A DNA stretch of 63,268 nucleotides, the filler included, from Ministeria vibrans ATCC 50519 (lineage: Eukaryota > Protista > Filasterea), in NCBI GenBank assembly GCA_943704425.1. It is 6 parts of 6 records of this genome, joined end to end, with 100 filler letters (N's around TTAATTAATTAA, not from the genome) between each part and the next. Parts side by side here need not be neighbours in the genome. Positions count along the whole stretch, not along the records: positions 35,919 to 49,358 come from CALSCP010001352.1; positions 49,459 to 59,330 come from CALSCP010000982.1; positions 59,431 to 60,865 come from CALSCP010000095.1; positions 60,966 to 63,268 come from CALSCP010002644.1; 2 more parts are not named here. The stretch is one strand, 5' to 3'. Shown here piece after piece: positions 48,647 through 63,268 of this stretch. Made by a program: the position numbers and the translations under genes. Each line of letters opens with the position of its first letter. The first letter of the stretch is position 1. The notes beneath the pieces are model-generated. The model was not told where the DNA came from and searched no databases. It saw only the letters and a list, made by a program, of their open reading frames with translations.

Positions 48647-49358
48647 CTACGATGCATCAGGTCAGCCAAAAGGCGCTGTACCCTCCTCACCTTTAGGTCC
48701 ATCGCCCGATGTTTGTGGCCATGTTTTGTCGTCGGCCAAGGGTTGTTCGTCAAAAATCTGAATGAATATTCCTATTCATATTTTCCTCATTTCTTGTGAC
48801 TTCTGACTGCTTTTCACTGCTCCAATGGCCCGATGAGCTTCGCCTGTGCCCCCGATCACCACAACAAGCCGTTCTGATTGATTACACGAAGTTTTTGAAG
48901 ATGGTATGGTTGGCGCGAAACACGGCTGGTGACCTGGGCCCCTGGACTCGAGGCGGTAAAGTTTTATTGAAACGTGACATGTTTATTAGAGAGTGAGGGC
49001 CCCTTCGGACGAGGCGCTTGGAAAAACAGAAAATCGCGCTCGACCCAACAATGCGCTTGTTCCTGCCGAGAGATTGGACACTACGAAGGTCCAGGACGGG
49101 GATGAGGACGAGGACGAAGAAGAGGATGATGATATTTTCATCAAGACATTTCCCTTCATTCTCCAAGTTTTTTCCTTGTTCCTCCTCCTTGCTCACAGGA
49201 TCTCCCTCAGTTAGTTGGTGAATACAGACGTGAGGGACGAGCCAGTCTCCTGCGATTTTTCTTGTGTTACTTCAGTCTTGTCAGATTCGCCCAGGATTCG
49301 CAGAACAAGATTTCCACAGGGGAAACACAACAGAAAAAAATCCCCCCCCCCCCCCCCC

Positions 49359-49458
49359 NNNNNNNNNNNNNNNNNNNNNNNNNNNNNNNNNNNNNNNNNN
49401 NNTTAATTAATTAANNNNNNNNNNNNNNNNNNNNNNNNNNNNNNNNNNNNNNNNNNNN
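49359..49458. other. Artificial contig-join spacer
   Basis: N44-TTAATTAATTAA-N44. Confidence 0.97.
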
Positions 49459-49567
<109 letters not shown>

Positions 49568-49653
49568 ATCCATGTGTCACTTTTATTTTGTTTCTCTCTC
49601 CGTCTATTTCACACAAACACACACACAACACTTACACTTTTTTTACATGAAAG

Positions 49654-50864
49654 TTCGTCATTGTGGATGACTTTTGGAGCCTTCCTCCCTGTACAGAGTT
49701 CAAGGCGGACCTTGAGGCCGCTCACGCAATGGATCCCGAGAAGAACATACACAACCCTTCTCTCTATTGTCTCTGGTTTGCCAAACTGTATATGCTCAAG
49801 CAGGTTCGTACTTCCAATCAACTGGTTCCCAGTGCTCTTTCTGACGCAAGAGAGATAGGTGGTCGAGTCCAATCCCTTTAACAGCGATTTCTTCTTTTAT
49901 GCCGATGCCGGTACACAAGTCCTCTCCGCTTCATTGCTTTTCCTCTCTCATTAGTTCTATCTTTTTGCAGGATCATTCCGCGACAAAAACAAAGTCAGTT
50001 CCTTGTCGTATAAGGAGGATTACTCAATCTCACCCCATTCCATTAGGTCTTTCACGATTTCAACTGGCCAGACCAGTCGGCCGACTCTCACTGGCGCACG
50101 CAACTCACGACCACCGTCAAAGACCACTTTCTCCTTGAAATGGTCTACCCTTACCACTATGCAAACCGCGCGAATGCGCCAGTCGATCCGGATGTCGGTA
50201 ACAACCACTCAATCTACCCGACTGACCGAGTACTGAGTGTACTAACACGCTCTCCCATATCTCTTACTCACATACACACACACATACACACCTCCACACA
50301 TGCACTTTCTATCACATTGTTTCTTTCTCCCGCTCTTTGTCTCTATCACACTTTTTTGTTTTTTTTTCCTCTCTTTTTCTCTCCCTCCTCTCTGGCCTCG
50401 TTGCTTTGTAGGCACTGACGGGCACCGCAATGCGTCGTGTGCTCAGATTGCGCACGAGCACCCGTGGTCGCCGACGCCCCAGCTTGCCGGTGGCTTTTTT
50501 GGTGGTTCACCCGCACTCGTAAAACTTTACGCTGCCAACTTTTTTGCTCTTGCGCGCGAATGGGCCGACCGCAAAGTGTTCATTGGCAAAGATCAGAACC
50601 TCATGAACCAGCTGTATCGGCGCGCAGGGTACAATGGCGTTGCCAAGCAGGCAGTCATTCCCGCGTACACTGTCCAGTATTGCGGCGATCGATGGTACGT
50701 TAGGGTGAGGGTTAGGGTTCGTACACGTATAAACCAATCCCAGTCATGGCCTTAAAACTTCTTTTTTCATTAGGTTTCTGTTTCAACTGACATTCGCTGC
50801 GCTGAAGGACACTCGGGCCGTCTGCCAGCCCGACTTTGTCAAAGTGCCTCATTGTCTAGAATGA
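49654..50864 (+). CDS. HtrL/YibB (WlaTC)-like glycosyltransferase-family protein, 5'-truncated
   Basis: MDPEKNIHNPSLYCLWFAK, NPFNSDFFFYADAGSFR, LAGGFFGG, FIGKDQNLMN and CGDRWFLFQ across spliced exons. Confidence 0.7.
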
Positions 50865-51248
50865 TGGCCAAAGTTATTTATAATTAAATTATTAGTATAT
50901 TATTATTATCTATTATTGAATATTGTGTACACTTTAGAACAATAATAACAACAATAATAATACTATTATTATGATTGACTATTCCACTCAAACTAATTAA
51001 TTATTCTTCAGTCTTATTCTGTATTGGCTTATCGGTACGCAATAGATCTTGTTGCGGATGTGTGACGGATAATATTGTGTCGTTACTCGTATACCCAAGA
51101 GTCAAGACAGTGTGACATGTTTGATTCGTCCGTAATAGAAGTGATAACTTGAATTTCAATAACCAATCCTAACCAATCTAATTTGAAAATTCCAATTTTT
51201 CGAGTTGTCTCACACATTTTCATTTTTTAAGGTGTCTTTTCGCTCGTG

Positions 51249-57099
<5,851 letters not shown>

Positions 57100-57165
57100 C
57101 ACGTCTATCTCTTTCTCTGTACATATACACACACTCGAATAGAAATAAAATATGTCGGTTGTTGT

Positions 57166-59325
57166 TCAATGAGTGTGTTCGGGCGGAGCGGGCGGTAAGG
57201 ACGACGCGTTGCGCGCGCGACTAGCAGCCACCCGCTCGCATGCCTTTTTCCAGCGACACGGAGTGCACCACAGGTGTTTGTGCTCAATCGAGTACAGCTT
57301 GCGACACCTGAAAAGAAAAAAGATAAAAGATACATAATAGTGTCATTGAAAAAATAAGTTGAGTCAGTTTTGGTACTTGATGGATTGCGTCGGAACCACT
57401 TCGGCTGCGCGTTTCTTTCCTCCAATGGTCTCTGTGGTGACGCGCTGGAGTTCAGGCACAGCAGCAAGTAGTCGAGCGGCTTTGCGCGCCGCATTGGTCA
57501 TCCCACTCTCATCCTGCAAAAAAAAAAAAAAAAAAAAAAAAAAAAGAAGAAGAAGAAGAGAGTGTGACGGATTGTTAGCGTTCAATGTGATACTTCGCAC
57601 TCGTGTTTTTGCGCATCAACTGTACCAAATTTCTTCTGGGTGGCTTCGCGTGACTGACATCGGCCACAATCCCAATCGTGAGAGGCGCAGGAGGAGACGA
57701 CATGGACGACGAAGAGAGGGCGCGAATGCGACCACTGCTGGCCCCGGAACGAGCACTGTACGGCGGAGACTGCGACAGAGAGCTACCACTTGAAGAGCCA
57801 TCACGTACACTGCTACTACTGCGATTTCCTCTTCGATCGTCGTCGTTGAGATGATCATCGCTATGCTGTGGGTGATGGTGTTGGTGTGACTCTGGATGGT
57901 GTTGGTGTTCGGCGCGCAATTTCTTGCGATGTCCAGTGGGGCTCGGTGAGCCAGTTTCAAACTCTTCCGACTGGAAACGACGCGACGCTTTACGTTTACG
58001 TCCGCGGCCACTGACGTCGTTGGATACAGCAGATGCGGAGGAGGTCGAATCGGCAGGCGCAGAGAGAGCACTTGAATCAACAGCACTCCGCATTACGTTG
58101 CGACGCACGCGCTCGCTGCCCAATGACGCACTGCCTGGGCCGGTCTTAGGCACACGCATGCGTTGAATGGGTGCCCGTCGCTTGTACGGTGACTCCATCA
58201 CACTATCACCGCTCCCAGTTTGAGAATCGACAACAGTGGCAGCAGTGCTCGCATTGTGTACAGGGCAGTGCGCATCAACAGTCGCAAACTCGAGTGCCTT
58301 TGAGAGATCAAAAGCATGATAAGAAAGCGGGTATGAAACGACTAGACAAAGGTACCTCTTCATCGGTGTAGTAGAACTCCTCTTCGTCGTCCTTGACAAC
58401 CCCTTGAAAGTGCTCGAGCTGAATGTGCTGCTTGATCTGAGCAGTGGTGTCATACAGGCGACCGCACTCCTCTGCGCCGTTCTCGGACCACATGCAACGG
58501 TACCCCGCCGGACGTAGGTTGGCTGTCACATTCTGTATTTCCATTTAAAAAAGAGATAAAGAGAGGGTGTGTGTGTGTGTGTATGTGGGTAAGTGTGTGA
58601 GGAAATAGGAATTGCTTTTTTCTACCCTGGCACGACGGATTGGGGAGAGAAGACCCTTTGAGACAGGAGAGGCATGACAGGTACAGACGGAGGAGGAAGA
58701 GTGGGAGTAGCTGAAGGATGAGGACGGAGGGGGCGCTGTAGCGGTGTTGGCGACGGAGTGGGCGGAGAGGGATGTAGAGAAGGAGGACGAGGAGGAGGGA
58801 TTAGGGGGGGACGTGGCGGTCAAATCGGATAGCAAAGAACGACGCACTGGGTCCAACCGCTCACGAGATGTCTATAGAGAGAATCACAATGATTAATTAT
58901 ATAAATGGGAGAGAGAGGGAGACGTATAAATGGATACGAACCACTGTCGCGACGGTGTGGTGGCGGTGGTGGTGTTGAAGGGCTGTGGGAGAGGAAGATA
59001 GATCAAGACGACGAGAGCGCGGGAGAATAAGAGCATCGGCAGTGGTGGAGCGCGCACGGGAGGACACGGTGGACAAGTGCGGTGGGGGGCTCGTGTGTGC
59101 GCTGTAGCCGTGCCACCGCGACGAAGGCGCTTCGACTTTAGCATCATCCGGTATTGCGTGTTGTTGTAGCTGCTCAAGATGGAGGTGGTGGTGGTGTTGT
59201 TGTTGCTGTTGTTGAAGAAGAAGCTGTTGCTGCTTCTGATGGTGTCGCGCCGAGAGAGGATTATCTTCATCGTCAGTATCACTACACACAGTGTCAATCA
59301 GTCTCATCCTCCCCCCCCCGCCCAA
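57166..59325 (-). CDS. ZNF395/ZNF704/SLC2A4RG-family transcription factor (single C2H2 finger plus C-terminal C-clamp); 5' end possibly truncated
   Basis: YRCMW...[26 protein letters not shown] (family-typical EEDFYYT). Last exon 57307-57166 encodes [26 protein letters not shown], matching the C-clamp KCRKVYGM...WCTACRWKKAC. Confidence 0.85.
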
Positions 59326-59330
59326 AAAAA

Positions 59331-59430
59331 NNNNNNNNNNNNNNNNNNNNNNNNNNNNNNNNNNNNNNNNNNNNTTAATTAATTAANNNNNNNNNNNNNN
59401 NNNNNNNNNNNNNNNNNNNNNNNNNNNNNN
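59331..59430. other. Artificial contig-join spacer
   Basis: N44-TTAATTAATTAA-N44. Confidence 0.97.
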
Positions 59431-59432
59431 TA

Positions 59433-59505
<73 letters not shown>

Positions 59506-59545
59506 ACTGATTTTATACATAATATATATGTATATATGTGTGTAG

Positions 59546-60777
59546 TCATGTGGACCACCGGCACTCGGCATGATTGACTTTATGCTTGCGATTGTGCGGT
59601 ATGGGGTGGACCTGCAAGGGAATGCGCATGTGTATCTGATGGAGGATGCCCTTGCACTGTGGCTGGCTGTTGTGCGCAACACAGACGAGTTTGATGCGCG
59701 TCTGATAGAGCTATATGGGGCTATGCAGCCCATTTTTGAGCTGGACGTGGCGCAACTGGAGGTCGCGGTGCAGATCACGAGAGTCTACGTGCGGTCAGGG
59801 AGTGTCGACTTTATGCGCACGTACTGTGCGGGGATTGTTCAGTGCTTCCATGGGATGCTCGTGGGCGTCAACGAACGCGCCCACCGCATGCTCCTACGTG
59901 TCATAGTAACCAGCCACTTGAGAGAGAAAGAGAGAGATTGAGAGATATTGACTGACTTGCTTTGTTTCTTACTGTACACGCAACTCAGGAGACCATTGTG
60001 ATTGTGTATGAGGGAGCTGGGTTTACGGCAGTTGCGTCGCTAGTCGAGCAGGCCATTGGGCAGGTGTTGCAGCCGCACGACCACATGACCATGCTAGCTG
60101 CCTGTTTCAAGTGCGATACACGACACACAACGGAGACACACTCATTCACTCGCTCACTCAACTCTCTCTCATGACTCACTTTCTTGTTGTTGTTGGTGTA
60201 GTTTGATCTCTCGTTGCGTATTGCATGCGCCACAGGAGATGTTTGCGCTGATTGTGTCACTGGAGGCGCAGAGTGGGGCAAAAGTAGTTGAGGCGCTCAT
60301 TCAGTCGTGGATTGCCAACGTAAACACGTCACCAGGACACACACACGTCCATACACCACACAACACACAAAGACACACGTACACACTGATTTTTTATTAT
60401 TGCTATATTAGTTTAACTGCATTGGGCAGGCGAGTGAGCGGAAACTGAATGGTCTTGCGATGCTCAAGACAGTCTCTGCACTGGCGGGTGCACACGCCGG
60501 AAGCGCACAGACGAGTGTAGCCGCAGTGGGACTGGTGGGTAATGTCTCGCGCGAGCCCAGTGTTGCTCGTGTTACTCTTGGTGACGAAGAAGACGCGTAT
60601 GATGCGTATGATGCGGACGAAGAGTTTCCGGGTGAGCATGAGACGCATGACGCACGACGAGAGCGACTGGTAGGTGTCGAGTGAGATAAGTATGGTGACA
60701 ATAATTTGTATATGTTTAGCTGGTGATGCGAGATCCCGTGTACAATTTGGACTTGGATGAACTTGTGAATGCCTAAG
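59546..60777 (+). CDS. IPO11: Importin-11-like, C-terminal fragment
   Basis: HVYLMEDALALWLAVVRN..IFEL..DFMRTY and ETHDARRERL..RDPVY resemble the IPO11 C-terminal HEATs (HVYLLEDGLELW; DPVH). The 3' boundary is uncertain. Confidence 0.75.
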
Positions 60778-60865
60778 TATAATGAAGTGTAAAAATGATC
60801 TCTTTTGCGATCAATCAACGTAAATTCTTTACCATATTCAATCAACAAACGTCTAGAGTGATTTT

Positions 60866-60965
60866 NNNNNNNNNNNNNNNNNNNNNNNNNNNNNNNNNNN
60901 NNNNNNNNNTTAATTAATTAANNNNNNNNNNNNNNNNNNNNNNNNNNNNNNNNNNNNNNNNNNNN
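60866..60965. other. Artificial contig-join spacer
   Basis: N44-TTAATTAATTAA-N44. Confidence 0.97.
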
Positions 60966-63268
60966 ACATTCGACTCACAGTGTATACCGGTGAAGCCAGC
61001 AAAGCAATTGCACACATACGAGTTGCTGCCATCCGAGCACACTCCGTTGATGCACGGCGACGATGCGCACTCGTCAGCTGCGTTGTCACACACTGTGCCA
61101 AAGAAACCCGACGCGCACACGCACACATACGAATTCACACCGTCAAGGCACGTTGCGCCATTCACACACGGGTTCGACGCACACTCGTTCACATCTATTT
61201 CACATAGAACACCCGTGTAGCCTGTGGCACAGTTGCAGGCTACACCTCCTGGGGAGGAAACGCACGTCGCACCGTTGCGGCAGGGGTTCGAGTCGCACTC
61301 GTTATTGGGTGTCTCGCATAGTGTGCCAGTCACGCCTGCGTGACACACGCACACAAACGAATCTGTGCCGTCAAGACACGTACTACCATTACTACAGGGT
61401 GACGATGAACACTCGCTGATGACCGTGGTGCATGTAGCGCCTGTGACGCCAGGTGGACATGTGCACGAGTAGGCGTTCACCAAATCGACACAACTTGCGA
61501 AGTTGGCACACGGGCTCGATGTGCACTCGTCCACCTCAGTCTGACACACATTTCCCACATAACCTGCAGGACAAGTGCATGAAAAACCCAGAACAAAGTC
61601 AGTGCAGGTGGCGCCATTGAAGCACGGTGGTGGATGACAGTCGTCCAAGTTGGTCTCGCAATTGAAACCACCAAAGCCCAAAGGACACGTGCAAGTGTAT
61701 CCATTGAGAGTGTTGGTGCACGTTCCGTCGTTCATACATGGCAACGAAGTGCATGCACTCGACTCTGTCTCGCACAAACTGCCAATGAACGAGGCGGGAC
61801 AGTCACACGTAAATAGATTTTGGCCGTCAACGCATGAGCCTCCATTCGTGCAGGGACTGGACTCACACTCGTTCACGTTCGTCTCGCAGCGGTCTCCCGT
61901 AAAGCCTGCCAGGCAGGAGCACGAAAAAGCGTCGACAAGGTCGTTGCAGATTGCGCCGTGATGACAAGGCGACGAGGCACATTCGTTAATGTTCGACTCA
62001 CATCGGAGTCCGGTAAAGCCAGGAAAGCAGGCACAGGCAAATTCGTTGACTTGATCCACGCACTGCCCACCCAGATGACACGGACTCGACTCACACTCGT
62101 TGATGTTCGTCTGGCATTGTGCTCCCGTAAACCCGACAGCACACGTACACACATACGTGTTTGTCGGATTGGAACATGATCCTCCGTTGGCGCATGGGCA
62201 TGAGTCACACTCGTTGAAATTTTCTGTACAAGTCGCACCCGCAAATCCATTTGCGCACAAGCAAGTAAAACCAGATGCATTGTCGACACACGTAGCTCCG
62301 TTCTCACAGGGGTTCGACACGCACGCATTGATGTCTGACTCGCACTGGGTGCCACTGAATCCCACGGTGCACGTGCAAGTGAAGCTATTAAAGAAGTCGG
62401 GTGTACAGGTGGCTCCATTGGCACAAGGGGCCGAATCACACGCGTTGGTGCTCGTCTCACACTGGTTCCCGGTAAAGCTAGGGCCACATGCACACGAGTA
62501 GCCATTGACAAGATCGGAACACACGCCTGAACTCTGGCAAGGACTCGAGAGGCACTCATCAATATTCGTTTCGCATAAAACGCCCGTAAAACCTGTCAAA
62601 CACGTGCAGGTGAACGAATTATCTCCGTCAATGCAGAAGCCACCCACATGACACGGGTTAGAGACGCATTCATTTATGTTGGTTTGACACTGTGTGCCAG
62701 TGTAGCCTGCAACACAATTGCAGCTGTAGCCATTGACATCATCAGTGCATGCTCCAGAATTCTGGCACGGACTCGATGCGCACAAGTTGCCTTCTGTCTC
62801 ACACACAGTGCCAGTGAAGCCCGAGGCACAACTGCAGATAAAGCCGTTGATCAAATCGTTGCAGACTCCCGAGTTGTGGCACGGGCTTGACGCACACTCG
62901 TTGATGTTTGACTCACAGTGTACACCGGTGAAGCCAGCAAAACAATTGCACACATACGAGTTGCTGCCATCCGAGCACACTCCGTTGATGCAGGGCGACG
63001 ATGCACACTCGTCAGCTGCGTTGTCACACACTGTGCCAAAGAAACCCGACGCGCACACGCACACATACGAATTCACACCGTCAAGGCACGTTGCGCCATT
63101 CTGACACGGGTTCGACGCACACTCGTTCACATTCGATTCGCACTGCGTGCCAGTGAAACCAGTGACACAAGTACACGAGTAGCCCCCCACGAGATCATTG
63201 CACACGCCATTCACGCACGGACTCGACGCACACTCGTTCACATTCGACTCACAGTGTACACCGGTGAA
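60966..63268 (-). CDS. Internal fragment of a protein with ~20 tandem calcium-binding EGF repeats (Notch/fibropellin-like)
   Basis: Open throughout, with 38-aa period N(I/V)NECxSxPCxNGxxCxDxxNxYxCxCxxGFTGxxCE. Both ends are missing. Confidence 0.92.

Noticed and set aside
60966-63268. Calling the EGF array Notch
   Set aside because: No LNR, TM or ankyrin domains are visible, and EGF repeats alone are not diagnostic.

Overview
This is eukaryotic, intron-rich genomic DNA (GT-AG introns, microsatellite-filled introns, GC-rich exons). Gene content (vinculin/alpha-catenin family, complete CBP/p300, SOS-type RasGEF, C-clamp zinc finger, Notch-like EGF arrays) points to a unicellular holozoan such as a choanoflagellate; that taxonomy is inference. 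The window is six unrelated contigs joined by artificial N44-TTAATTAATTAA-N44 spacers (17438-17537, 35819-35918, 49359-49458, 59331-59430, 60866-60965), so synteny only means something within a contig. Gene models were spliced by hand and homologies recognised from memory, not by search. Contig 1: vinculin/alpha-catenin-like gene with a long disordered tail, CC1-box coiled-coil protein, MLKL-like 4HB/EF-hand/HEAT protein, APEH, and a secreted Calx-beta/cNMP/PSAT-type acyltransferase. Contig 2: CBP/p300, Fe-ADH, SmF, COMMD5, a double SOS-like RasGEF and a secreted Kelch-like gene. Contig 3: frameshifted MULE transposase, a giant EGF receptor-like protein and an ankyrin/caspase-like gene next to a CACTA-like end. 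Contig 4: HtrL-like gene, BAR-PH-C2-AGC kinase and a ZNF395/704-like C-clamp factor. Contig 5: importin-11 fragment. Contig 6: EGF array. The strongest candidates for undescribed biology only appear after splicing: (i) the secreted Calx-beta/cNMP/sterol-acyltransferase, (ii) the MLKL/RPW8-like 4HB-EF-HEAT protein, (iii) the ankyrin-caspase possibly carried by a transposon, and (iv) the APPL-like BAR-PH fused to an Akt/SGK/Ypk-type kinase.
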